From: Eledone cirrhosa
Taxonomy: Eukaryota
Assembly (NCBI GenBank): GCA_964016885.1
Contig: OZ024743.1
Location: 217,930,001 to 217,994,000, forward strand
DNA: 64,000 nucleotides
Direction of reading: 5' to 3'
Shown piece by piece: positions 39,044 through 54,053 of the stretch. Under the pieces are notes generated by a model that worked only from the letters and a program-made list of their open reading frames with translations, did no database searches and had not been told where the DNA came from. The number at the start of each line of letters is the position of its first letter. Within the stretch, counting starts at the first letter, position 1. The translations under genes and the position numbers were made by a program.

Positions 39044-40199
39044 ATATATATATATATATACATCCATGAGGTTTTGTTTATGTGTAGATTTATATGTGTC
39101 TATAATCCCCATATGTATGTGTGTGAATGTGTAAGTGTATATGTGTATGCTTTACATGTCAAAACTGTGATTTACTGCGAGAAAGAAAAACGCCGAGTAG
39201 AAGGAATTGGCAGAAAAGAATAAATATAATAACCCAGCAACGGTAATGGAGGAGACGTCAAGTTTGTTATGACCAATTACACATTGTCGCAAATAAGAAA
39301 CGAGATTTTCGTGGATTTGTAATTTCAGCGACGCTAAAGCATTATCAGAGAAAAATCCATAATTATATATTCGATAAAGCAGGAAGAATAAGGTTTTGTG
39401 GATGTTGAGATATGTTGTAGAGAGATATATCTATATATTCTTGAGTGAGTTTTCGTGACAATCTTTGTCTGTCACATTTGGTGTAATAGACATGTGTCAG
39501 TAAGTGTGGAAATTTATTTGCCTAAACCGAGATTGGCAAATAAAATCAACGGTAATTGCTTCATAATTGAGAAGAATCTGTTAAGTGTAGCTGCAGCATA
39601 GTAAGTGAGAGGAGGGTGTTTGATTTGAGTACTTGATGAAGCCGAATATTTGCTTAGATGATGACATGCATTTTAGGCGTAACATGTTCGCTTTTCAGTA
39701 GGTCTGAACATTTAAACTTAGTGAAATGTGTGAAGTGCTTATGATGAGATGCGAAAAATATCTGGATGTCTGTGGAGCCTTAACATCAGACATTTATTTG
39801 ATTAATTCGAAGAAAATCACCCCCAATTAACATAATGAAAGTCGAAGGAAGACTACAATTTGTTAACTTATTGTAATACGTTTCGACGAACAGAGTGTGT
39901 GAGGACAGTTAATATGATTTTCTTATTTCATAGACATAAGGTTTCTATTTAAAAAAAAGGATGGTATATTCAATTAGTGCAGGTTTGCTATTTATAACTA
40001 TTCCTCGTATATACCAACCGGAGAATCTATGTGCAGTTGATTTACATGCCAAAAATAGCAACCCAATCTCCCTAACTCATAAATCTATATCTTAAAGAAA
40101 GAGAATGCATTGCATAATAGAGCCTATACGGTGTTATTCTAGGGTTAATAATTAATATTTATTTATTGACGTCTCCAAACTTATGAACATTATTTTACA

Positions 40200-40680
40200 G
40201 TGAATTGGCAGTATCGGTAGAGGGTTGGACCCCATGCTTTCTAGCATAGTTACGTCCCTTTACAGTCTGAGTTCAAATCCCGCCGAGGTTAACTTTGCCT
40301 TTCATCCTTGCGAAGTCGATAACATAAAGTACCAGTAATGTGCTGGATAATTGCTGGCCTTGTGCCTAAAGTAGAAACAATTATTTTACACGTGGTGGAT
40401 TGGCAGTATCGGTAGAGGGTCGGACGTCATGCTTTGACGCATAGAATTACGGCCCTTTCCATTCTGAGTTCAAATCCGCTGAGGTCAACTTTGCCTTTCA
40501 TCTTTACGGGGTCGATAAAATAAAGTACCAGTAATGTACTGGGTATTTGCTGGCCTTGTGCCAAGTGTAGAAACAATTATTTTACACGTTCTGAGTTCAA
40601 ATCCTGCCATGGTTAACTTTGTGACGAAATAAAGTACCAGTAATGCACCGGAGTCGATTTAATTGACTTTCCTCTCCCCT
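40200..40680 (+). mobile_element. Tandem cluster of three SINE copies
   Basis: Units start at about 40200, 40392 and 40588 and are separated by AATTATTTTACACG. Confidence 0.88.
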
Positions 40681-41120
40681 AGAAGCTAGAAGTGTAAAGC
40701 CATTATTTTACACTTCTAGCTTCACATTTACATATTGTTAAAAGAAGGTAATCGGCGGCCAGATGCACTTTGGGATAATGGTTGATACGAGACATGAGTG
40801 CTTCGACTGCCACAATTTTTCGTCTCCTTGGGAGCTTTACCCGACTTATTCAATAGTTATTAAATATTATTATAGTTACATCTTCCTGGCGACTATAAAT
40901 ATAAATATACTAGGGTTGACTGGGAAGTTCATAAGCTGACCAATTCCATACGAATGAAACAGTTCTATTCATGTAGAAGCCATTTTAATTTCTATTAATG
41001 ATGCTGACTCACTATTAATGTATTGAGTACGTTTTATAACCGTAGTTTCCACCTGATTTTACTCGGGATCTACACACACACGCGCGCGCACATATATATG
41101 TGTATATATATTTGTATATA

Positions 41121-41176
<56 letters not shown>

Positions 41177-41871
41177 ATAAACGCGGACACATTATAAATA
41201 CCTGTGTGTAAATATATATGTATATATGTATAAATATGTGTGTAAGTTTTGTGTATACCTGGAATTGTATATATATTTGAGAATATCTTGTTTCTTTGCT
41301 GTGTATCTGTACGTGTATCAGTGTTTTTATAACTGGTATATAATGCGATATGAAAAAAAGAACTAATGCGTAAGAGAACCCACACGAAAATATGCAACAA
41401 TACATGTATTTCCGTATATAGAAATGGCTTATATGTTCTTTACTGTTTATTCATTTCCTTTGGAGCAAAACAATTTCCTTTTCTCACGATTGGTAGTAAA
41501 CTTCTCTTGGTTTTATGCTCACCCAAAATGCTTCTACACCATAATTTCTTAGTTCTTTTTGGCTTAATATAGTGTAGATTCTTTTCGTTCTTGTTTTGCT
41601 GTGGTCACTCTGAATCCATATTTTATAACCAGTGAACCTGTGTCTTTTATTGTGTTCAGTTTAATACATTCACTTACGGAAGTGGATATATCATAACACA
41701 ATTGTAAAAATCTGATTTAAAAACAATATGGAAATATTATGATGTCAGCCGACATTGAAAATACAAACATCGGCTTATACTACTGAATCTCACTTAATTT
41801 TTATGCTTTACTCGTTTTTCTTTCTCTCTCTTTCTGTTATTTTCACTCTATTCCTCTTTACTTTTCTCTCA

Positions 41872-41933
<62 letters not shown>

Positions 41934-42768
41934 AATCCTCTCTACACCCTATCTCTATATACTCAGCTCTGTCTCTATCGCTATTCATATGTTTATATAC
42001 CCAACACACATATGTATATTTATACACACATACATACATTCATACATACATACATTCATACATGCATTCATACATACATACACACATACATACACACATA
42101 CATACATACATACATACATACATACATACATACATACATACATACATACATACATACATACATACATACATACTTACAGAGACACACACATACACTTACA
42201 TGATGGCTGCAAACTCTGCTAAGATTATTGCAATCGCTTGTCAGATTATAGAGTTTGGTGCACTTTTAGGCTACGGCCAGCCACACGAACCTGTAACATA
42301 TCTTGAACAAGCAATGCCTGTGCTTTGAAGGTTTTTTATGTGGGGAAAGGCCTTGCACTCGACCAATCCCACTCTCTGAGCATCGAAAACACTACCCGAA
42401 AAGGAGTACTGGTCAACACCATCGGATGCTTCCGAAGCCGCAGGCTTTTCTTTCAGAGTTTCCCTCTCCTAGAAGGTGTTGTGACAACATCTGGCGGCCT
42501 TTCACTTCCAGGTGAAAAAAAATCAAAAAAACTATTATTTGAATGGTCGTTGAGTTTGCTGAGTTCCTCCGCCCTTCGACGGGACTTTTATTTCATCCTG
42601 CAGGGTGTCCAAATATCACCCTCCTAACCAAGCAAGCTTAGTGGGGTTGCCAGTTTAGTCGCCGACGTCCCGACCATGAGACAGGTTGTACTGGGTTACA
42701 TGTTACCAGTAGCACTCAAGAGCGACTTGACATACATACATACATACATACATACATACATACATACA

Positions 42769-42804
<36 letters not shown>

Positions 42805-43137
42805 GAAACCACGTAACATTACGACAGCAGCCTGATGACGGCCCCACCGAGGTACTAGTAATTAGAATGGGTTTGAGTATTGCTATGCATAGAATGTATT
42901 TTTAATATAGATCTGTTAAGTATGAATATTCTTTTACTATAATTCGTGTGCTGGGTATATGTAAGATTAAGTCAGGTGTTTCGACGACATTGGATTAGGT
43001 CGCGGACAGCGTTAGATTGGTGGCATTTTATTCACGTTTATCGAAGATCGCAGCTATATGTCCGCGACCTAATCCACATATTATATATAATGTATTATTA
43101 TATATACTTATTATATATATACATATATATATATATG

Positions 43138-43182
<45 letters not shown>

Positions 43183-43184
<2 letters not shown>

Positions 43185-43375
43185 CGAAGGAAATGTGGTA
43201 AGGAACCAGGTGGACCATAACGCACCAAAGTACTCAATACTTAGGGTAGTAGAGTGGGTAATAGGAACCAGTAAGACCCCGACGGCTGAGCTCAAGCCGT
43301 TTCGACGGCTAATTCTCCGAGAATTAGCCGTCGAAACGGCTTGAGCTCAGCCGTCGGGGTCTTACTGGTTCCTAT
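43183..43375. mobile_element. Family A fold-back element in (TA)n
   Basis: Centre is AATTCTC-C-GAGAATT, with ~57-bp perfect arms. Near-identical to the reverse complement of 38848-39043. Confidence 0.9.
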
Positions 43376-43391
43376 ATATATATATATGTAT

Positions 43392-43459
<68 letters not shown>

Positions 43460-43465
<6 letters not shown>

Positions 43466-43829
43466 GTTAAAAATGTACATCCACATATGTATACTGAAAT
43501 ACTAGTATGCATATGAATACACACACGTATACATATGTAGATGTACCGAGTTTTTCACTGGTCACTTTACTGTGAGTGTCCAGCTATTCTGTATGTAAAC
43601 ACACAGACAAACCGGTTTTTAGAGTCATACTGGTTTTTAGAGTCAAACCAGTATGACTCTAAAAACCTAAAAACCGGTTTGTCTGTGTGTTTACATACAG
43701 AATAGCTGGACACTCACAGTAAAGTGACCAGTGAAAAACTCGGTACATCTACATATGTATACGTGTGTGTATTCATATGCATACTAGTATTTCAGTATAC
43801 ATATGTGGATGTACATTTTTAACTTAATT
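43460..43829. repeat. Apparently perfect ~163-bp-arm inverted repeat with a nested central hairpin, adjacent to (TA)n
   Basis: Arms are 43460-43622 and 43667-43829. The inner pair is GGTTTTTAGAGTCATACTGGTTT/AAACCAGTATGACTCTAAAAACC. Confidence 0.95.
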
Positions 43830-43895
43830 GTTTAAGCGTCAGTCATACAAAAGTGAGTTACAAACAAAACGAAATTTAATTTCGTTTCGTTATTT

Positions 43896-44049
<154 letters not shown>

Positions 44050-44051
44050 TG

Positions 44052-44089
<38 letters not shown>

Positions 44090-44402
44090 ATGAGAGAGAG
44101 GGGAGAGAGAGAGAGAGAGAGATCAGGGTTATACCAGTTTTCAGCAAATTACTCGATACTTGGGAGAGTAGAGTGTAAATATATTAGAGTCGGGGCTCGA
44201 TGCCATTTTGATAGCATATTCCAGATGCTGGACACACACACACACATACACACAAACACACACACACATATGTATATATATGCTTATATCTATAATATTA
44301 CCCTTGCATTTGATAAAGCGGTTCAATCACGCATTAATATACACATTGTGTGGTCATGTATTGAGGTCTTTGTTTGCGTTACGGTTTCCACGGAGATTAC
44401 AT

Positions 44403-44442
<40 letters not shown>

Positions 44443-44472
44443 TATATACTTATATATATATATCTATAAGTA

Positions 44473-44652
44473 AATAATTGTTTCTACTTTTGGCACAAGG
44501 CCAGCAAATACCTAGTGCATTACTGGTACTTTATTTTATCGACCCGTAAGGATGAAAGGCAAAGTTAACCTCGGAGGGATTTGAACTCAGTCCGTACAGG
44601 GACGTAACTATGCTGCAAAGCATAGCGTCTGACCCTCTACCGATACTGCCAA
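44473..44652 (-). mobile_element. tRNA-derived SINE
   Basis: Same A/B box, core and tail as the other copies. Confidence 0.88.
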
Positions 44653-45445
44653 AGTAAATAATATGTGTGTGTATGTATATATAATTCACGCTATTTCACG
44701 CAAATTGGCAAAGATATTAGTGTGTTTTGAACAGTCACCTGCTTAAACGTTAATTTCATGAGTAAAAATGTGCTTAATCAAACAACTAATGCTCATCGTT
44801 GATACTGACTCATAATTTTCCATCACTCTACATCCGCAAGATAATTAATCAGTAAATTAGACTTAGCAGATAGATTGGGCTACTAATATCCAGCATAGAA
44901 AAGTGTCCTGTCTCGGTTTCATTTTTTCGACGAGTAATAACAGGTACAATCAAATTATGAAGTTATTGCTAAGATGCTAATGGAAATTATATTTGACATA
45001 ATATTCTACTATTGACAAACGTAGTGAAGTGTTCTACATCGCTCAGATTGCTATGACAAGAAATTATTCGATGAATCAAAATATGAATGAACTGTTAAGA
45101 TTTTAATATAAGTGATTGACATTTTTGTATGCTAGACATTAGAGGAATAGCTTGCCTTCTACCATTTAATGACTGGTCAATTATTTTATTTGATATAGTA
45201 ATGTTACAATAGCAAAAACAATTAATATCTGATTTGTGAAGTTGGTCTGATGTCTAATCTTTACAGAAATCACACGTAATCTAGAGATAACAGTATCGAA
45301 CCTGATTATATTTTTATATTTTCCGAATGAAATGAATGATTATAATCTCTTATACAAAAGGATATTACACAATCTACATCATACACACTAAACGAAGCAT
45401 CCCATTGCAGTCTTGCTATTGTCAAGCTGCATAAAATAGGTAACA

Positions 45446-45557
<112 letters not shown>

Positions 45558-45566
45558 ATATATATA

Positions 45567-46647
<1,081 letters not shown>

Positions 46648-46920
46648 ATGAATATAAAATGAAAGTGCTTTTATAAAGGAATTTATTAGGTATTGACATA
46701 TGTTTCTGTAACAGACGGAATACCTATGTATCGCTGCTTGCGTAATCATATAATGTTAGCAAGTATTCGATAGCAAATGTATAAGCAGTTGACACTTCTT
46801 CAGAGATATTGGATAAATTGGAAAAAATCAGAAAAATCAAAGTATTTATATTAGTTGTAAGAAAGGAAGAAGAGAAGGGATAGTATATGACAGATGGCAA
46901 TTCAATTTGCTGGTAAACAA

Positions 46921-46949
<29 letters not shown>

Positions 46950-46954
<5 letters not shown>

Positions 46955-47034
46955 CGTGTCCCACAAATATCTATACACAATTTCATTACCTGTAAAAGCA
47001 ATATTTATTAAAATGCACAAACTTTGCAGACACC

Positions 47035-47040
<6 letters not shown>
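46950..47040. mobile_element. Small Tc1/mariner-type MITE in (TA)n
   Basis: TA-CAGCGTGTCCCACAAA...TTTGCAGACACCCTG-TG imperfect TIRs. A similar terminus, CAGGGTGACCC, is at 38760. Confidence 0.55.
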
Positions 47041-47127
<87 letters not shown>

Positions 47128-47897
47128 TTTATTTGAGAAATATATATATTTATTTGGTTCCTTTACCGGTTTCGCAGTTCTTCTGCTTTTCAAAAGGTGA
47201 GTTGAGATGGAGGGTCTGTGGTTTTTCTCACATCTGGTTGGTCTCTGAATGTTACTTGTTTTATATGGAAAAAGTGGCTCGAAATGCCAGGTTTTTCGAG
47301 AAGTAATTTTATTGGTTTGTCAATAAATTTCGCGCCAGTTCGCGTTACAATAGTTCTTCAAATAAGAGGGGGGGGTTGTCACAGGTTGTGTTTTCATATA
47401 TAAGTGTTTGAATTTCTTTTTACTTGAAAAAAGGAGGCTCACGAAGGCTTTTTTTTTGGCTGGTTATAAATGAAATTATGGCTGTCACGTGAACAAGTTT
47501 TCATTAAATTTTTGTGCCCTTATTTGGAAATCCATTCTGTAGCCTTTTTAGAGAATTTTTTGATAAGTGAAAGATAATGGTCAAGAGAAAGGGATGGGAG
47601 AATTGTTCTGGTTCAGTGAATATCGTTAGTTCGCTGGGGTGTCAGAATTCAGATTTTCTATTGAATAAAGAAAGTAAAGATATGTGTGTTTATTTGTGTG
47701 CTTGTGTGTGTGTGCGTGTGTGTGTGTTGTGTGTGTGTGTGTTTGAATTTCTTTACTTTAAAAAAAGGTCGCTCACGAAGTCTTTTTTTTAATAAACGTA
47801 AGACTCCAGTTGCATTTTCTATTACATCTCTTTTTCTTTATACTTTCACTCGTGTAGGACACCTCGGTTATTTTTCATTTTGTAAAAAAAACCTCAC

Positions 47898-47955
<58 letters not shown>

Positions 47956-48176
47956 CCGAAACCGTAGGGGTACCCAGCGGTTGACTGAGAAGATGGGTCT
48001 GTCTTTCCGTTGTTTTTTTCCATTGTCTTTGTATACTTGCGCTTCCTATTTTGAATATGCATATATGTATATACCCACCCACTCTCAAGCGTGAAACTAA
48101 TAATTATAACATTTTTACTGCCTCTTCGTTTCCACGTTGTTTTGTTTTGTTTTTTGTTCTCTGTTTACTTTTAAAA

Positions 48177-48213
<37 letters not shown>

Positions 48214-48446
48214 ACTAGAAATAGATTGACATATATATATATATAAAATAAACATATGGAACAATCAGAGGGAATAATTTGTAAAGTGTTTAATCACACA
48301 TATTTAGGTAGGTAACCAATTAAAGTTTAACTAGAACTTAAAATATAGATACCTTTTAAAATGAGTAATCATTGGAATCTTTGAGCTTATTCTGCAGTGG
48401 ATATGGTGCATGTCTCTCAGACATGACAACCCTTGATTTTTTTTGC

Positions 48447-48491
<45 letters not shown>

Positions 48492-48824
48492 TATAATGAA
48501 ATATATGGAGAATAGAAATGGCTGTGCAGTTGCTATTTAAGGTAACTTAAAATGCAGTGGGAATACGAAGAAAGCAAGAACGTGGGGGGAGGGGGTTCCT
48601 CATCAGTTGTCTCGGATATTTCTACGCTTTAAAGACAAGCTATCTATCGCCCAGAGCGTTCAATAACTGGATCAGTTATTGGGAAAACGGAAAAAGGAGG
48701 GAAGGAAAGCAATGGGGAAGAAAAGAGAAAACAGTAACAAAACACCGAAAAAAGACAACAAACCGAGCAGATGCGAGCAACTATACGTAGGAAATCCAAG
48801 ACCACTCGATAAGAGAACTTAAGT

Positions 48825-48856
<32 letters not shown>

Positions 48857-48860
48857 TATG

Positions 48861-48900
<40 letters not shown>

Positions 48901-48991
48901 AACGATATATGTGTGCATATATGTATGTAAGATTGAGCAATACTGGCGTATGGAAACCATTATTATAATATAAGAAACTATTATTTCTGAT

Positions 48992-49165
48992 GTATCGGTA
49001 GTGTCAGAAATCATGCTTTCCAGAAAGAGTTATGTCCCTTTCCGGTCTGAGTTCAAATCCCGCCTAGGTTAACTTTGCCTTTCATCCTTACGGCGTCGAT
49101 AAAATAAAGTACCAGTAATGCACTGGATAATTGCTGGCCTTGTGCCAAATGTAGAAACAATTATT
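48992..49165 (+). mobile_element. tRNA-derived SINE
   Basis: GTATCGGTAG...GAGTTCAAATCCCGCC, then the core and GTAGAAACAATTATT. Confidence 0.85.
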
Positions 49166-49937
49166 TCTGTTCCGGAGAATCTCAACAACTCACCACCTCC
49201 GAAGTACATCCAAGCTCTAAACCCACAACTCTATCTTCCAGATAGAGTACACTTTTCAACAATGATATAAAAGTACTAACAAGGAAGATATTTGTTAATA
49301 TTATATTTTTTTACGTGCGTGCGATTTACCAGGATTTGAAATTTTTTATCGTTTTGTAATTTGGGTTTAACATTTTACAATGACGTTCCAAATATATAAC
49401 GCGAACAATATTATAACAATATTATAACATACGATTCAGATGGGAGAAAGTGAAATTTCTAATCGCCTTCATTTATTTATCTTTCAGAATATTCTGTGTT
49501 GGATTTGGCAAAATCGTATCCAAATTATTTACTAGATTATATGCATAGTAAATTATTTAGGTTGTCAACTCAACATTTATGTATATTTTAAATTAATCAA
49601 AACATTTCTAAGCTGTAGGGAAAAGTAACGCTATAGAGAATACACGCAGATATTTAAGTTACTTTAGTCAAATGATGTACTGAATGAATACACTCCACTG
49701 TATAATATATAATACGCAAAGCAATCATATTTACCAACGACGAACTTCGTGCAGAAATGTTCTTTTTATTCTTAGTTTACATTTGCTGTCTTTATTATAT
49801 ATATATTGTCAATGTGTTGCGGAGGCGGGAATAAGGAGGGCGCATGCGTGTGTGCAGGAATATAAGTATTCGATATTTGTACAGACGAATGTTTCTTTTC
49901 CAATATCTGTATATACAACTACAACTAAAATATATAC

Positions 49938-49971
<34 letters not shown>

Positions 49972-49992
49972 CATACGTAAACGGATAATGAT

Positions 49993-50145
49993 ATAATTGT
50001 TTATACTTTTGGCACAAGGCCAGCAATTACCCAGTACATTACTGGTACTTTATTTTATCGACCCCGTAGGGATGAAAGGCAAAGTTAACCTCGGCGGGAT
50101 TTGAACTCAGATGGTAAAGGGACATAACTCTTTGCGTCAAAGCAT
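49993..50145 (-). mobile_element. tRNA-derived SINE, 5' truncated
   Basis: Core, B-box and tail present on the minus strand. Confidence 0.85.
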
Positions 50146-50269
50146 AATGATAACCATATACACACATAATGTATACCCACACACGCATATATAGTGGGTA
50201 TCCGTGTGTATGCGTGTGTTGCTCATACGTTTATGTCAGAACGTTTATATCAAAATACATAGATATATG

Positions 50270-50632
50270 AATAAAATATATATGAATAGTATATATATAT
50301 ATACATGTGTGGGTGTGTATGTGCATGTTTATAAATATATATATGTGAGTGTGTGTGTGTGTGTGTGTGTGTATGTATATATATATATATATATACATAC
50401 ACACACACACACACTCACATATATATGTGTGTATGTGCATGTTTATAAACATATATATGTGAGTGTGTGTGTGTGTGTATGTATATATATATATATATAT
50501 ATATATACATACACACACACACACACTCACATATATATGTTTATAAACATGCACATACACGCACACATGTATATATATATATATATATATATACGTACGT
50601 ACATACATATATATATATACATACATACATAT

Positions 50633-50707
<75 letters not shown>

Positions 50708-50872
50708 CATATATATATATATATATATACATACATATACATGTATATATATACATATATATATATATATACATACATACATATATATATATATATACAT
50801 GTATATATATACACATATATATATATATATATATACATGTATATATATACACATACATATATATATATATAC

Positions 50873-50903
<31 letters not shown>

Positions 50904-50918
50904 CATGTATATATATAC

Positions 50919-50953
<35 letters not shown>

Positions 50954-51040
50954 CATGTATATATATACATACATACATACATACATACATACATACATAC
51001 ATACATACATACATACATACATACATACTTATATATATAT
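50270..51040. repeat. Compound (TA)/(CA)/(CATA) microsatellite with local inverted duplications
   Basis: Direct inspection. GTGCATGTTTATAAACATATATATGTGAGTG occurs in both orientations. Confidence 0.9.
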
Positions 51041-51506
51041 AAATTCATGCAAATTCATCGTTATAATCCAATAATATGCCTGACATACATCACGTTATTT
51101 ACATGATATCCTTGACATGCACGAATATATGAATCATTACTTGCCCTCCAACTGAATCAATAAGAAGGGAAAAAATATATAAAACACCAGTCTTCCTGCC
51201 AAAGCAGTTACCTAGCTAATATTTTCCCCTACGAACAACTGACCTTGATCTGTATACCAAGATCAATAATTGCCGATCAGAAGAAAGTAACCAGGCTTAT
51301 TCCTTCGGTTACTCAAAGATCACGCCTATTTCTTAAATTGGAGGTCGGAAAGCAAAATGAAAATGGAATTGGTAGATTTAATGTAGATAGAGGGCGTTGT
51401 ATGACATTCAAAGTAAACTATGCAGATTTACATGGTAGTCTACTTGTTCTCCATACCTGACAGTCAATCTGTATCTAAAGACACGAATATGTGAGGCATT
51501 TTTGGC

Positions 51507-51670
<164 letters not shown>

Positions 51671-51822
51671 ACACGGATGTGTATGATTGTGTATAGAAGA
51701 TTATATTAAGAAAAGGAATTCCAACTTTGTCTGATTTACTCGTTTTATTTACAATCCTTTAAAATTTATAATGGTATTAGAATGAAATAGTATGGCAGAA
51801 TATTAAATGTTAAGTGTTAATG

Positions 51823-51860
51823 TAACAAGTACTTTCATGCTTTCGCAATCTTCAGGTTCA
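51823..51860 (-). ncRNA. Minimal type I hammerhead (mirror copy)
   Basis: Minus strand reads TGAAC-CTGAAGA-TTGCGAAAGCAT-GAAA-GTAC-TT-GTTA. Stem I is weakened. Confidence 0.6.
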
Positions 51861-51933
51861 TAATGTGTGGTGACAGTGAAGTTTGCAATTTTGAACTGAT
51901 GAAAATTGCAAACTTGACTGTCACCACACATTA

Positions 51934-51972
51934 TGAACCTGAAGATTGCGAAAGCATGAAAGTACTTGTTCA
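51934..51972 (+). ncRNA. Minimal type I hammerhead ribozyme (39 nt)
   Basis: TGAAC-CTGAAGA-T-TGC-GAAA-GCA-T-GAAA-GTAC-TT-GTTCA, with a GNRA-capped stem II and palindromic AGTACT stem III. Confidence 0.8.
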
Positions 51973-52086
51973 ATTAACACTTAACATTCAATATTCTGCC
52001 ATACTATTTCATTCTAATACCATTATAAATTTTAAAGGATTGAAAATAAAACGAGTAAATCAGACAAAGTTGGAATTCCTTTTATT

Positions 52087-52154
<68 letters not shown>

Positions 52155-52263
52155 CATACTTTCATACCTACCTACATACATGGTGGCTGCCAACTCGTTT
52201 TCGAGTACGGCCACTACTTTATATCCATGTAGGAGAACACCTACCGATGCGCTGAACGAGTGA

Positions 52264-52294
<31 letters not shown>

Positions 52295-52351
52295 CATATG
52301 GTAGGTCAGACGTGATCATCGCGATTCACATACGACCTACCATACATCTTA

Positions 52352-52437
<86 letters not shown>

Positions 52438-53128
52438 CATATATACATATATATGCATATATACATATATATACATATATATATTCATATATATACATAC
52501 ATATATATACATGTGTATATATATATACATATATATACATACATATATATACATATATATATATATACATTCTTACTCAATAAAACACCAGAGCCAAAGA
52601 AATGTAACAACTTTAGCAGAAAAAGCTTGAACGCTCAGGGATAGCGATCAAAAGTTTACCCCAAAATGGGGGAAATTAGCTAAAACCCAAAGCTTTTCCA
52701 GGAGCCACAATTTCTGCAAATTGTGTAATCTTGAGATCTATTACATAATCACAAACAAGAGGAAATTGCTGATTAACAGAATTGAACGAACATTATTCTG
52801 CCGTCACCGAACTAAAACCCTTTTTTCCCACTACAAGCTGAATATTACATAAAAGAGGGACATTCCCCCAACTATATAAACCTCAATCTAGTTATAAAAA
52901 ATAAAAAATAATCTCTTCTCAACATATATATGTATATTAATAACCTTAAATTACCACACTAATAATGGAAAGATATGCTGATGAGAATAGGTGCAAATAT
53001 GCTATAATGAATGTGTCTAAAAGCGACCATAAGTATGTATATATATGGGAAAAATGTATATAAATAAGTAAATATATATATATGTTTGATGTGTATAGTT
53101 AGATGTAAGGGCATACATGTATTAAAGT

Positions 53129-53191
<63 letters not shown>

Positions 53192-53992
53192 GACTGGAGT
53201 ATGTGTGTATATATGTGTGTGTCTATACGTGTGTATATAAAGATAAGTTGAGTATGAAAATGTATACACATGAACGCGTATGTATGTACATGTATATATG
53301 TGTATATATATATATGTATGCATGTGTATATGTATGTAAGTATGAGCATGTAAGTATGTGTATGTGAGTATATGTATTTTGTAGAGGTGTGCATATATGT
53401 TTGTGTGTGAATGCGTGGGCGAAAGGATACGTACACTTGAAAGAAAAATTTAAGTCTGAATGTTAATTAAGTGCAAACACAAAACCAACCACGCATATCT
53501 ATACTATCTCTAATCCTTCTATAGATTTAGAAAAATAACCAATAATATATTCTATAAAAATATCAAAACAACAGATGGGAATCTAATTACTCACTGCCAC
53601 CAAAAATTCTCACTGCTATCAAAAAACCACTCCCTCAACTATTCTTCTAACAACTTCACCCCTCCATCCTAATATTCTCTATAAAAACCAAACAGGTCCT
53701 CAGTAAAATTATTCCGATGAAATGACAGTTGATAATAACATTGAAATATTGAATGTCTGCATAACTAATACTTTGTAGATAGCAGCTGTTTTCAGGTTAT
53801 GTAACTGTTATAGAAACGCGTGTCAATAAATTCCTTCTTAACTAAACTGTATCCATTAAAATCCTTCTATATATATATACATATATATATACATATATAT
53901 ATATACATATATATATGTATATATACATATATATATATACATATATATACATATATATATATATACATATATATATACATACATATATATAT

Positions 53993-54050
<58 letters not shown>

Positions 54051-54053
<3 letters not shown>

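Larger units (their letters stand above)
51712..52083. mobile_element. Fold-back element (~180-bp arms, 9-nt loop) with a hammerhead in each arm
   Basis: AAAGGAATTCCAACTTTGTCTG... is mirrored by ...CAGACAAAGTTGGAATTCCTTT. The right end abuts (TA)n. Confidence 0.9.

Noticed and set aside
42828-42890. CTGATGA near 42832 as a hammerhead
   Set aside because: No downstream GAAA or stem III/I pairing was found.
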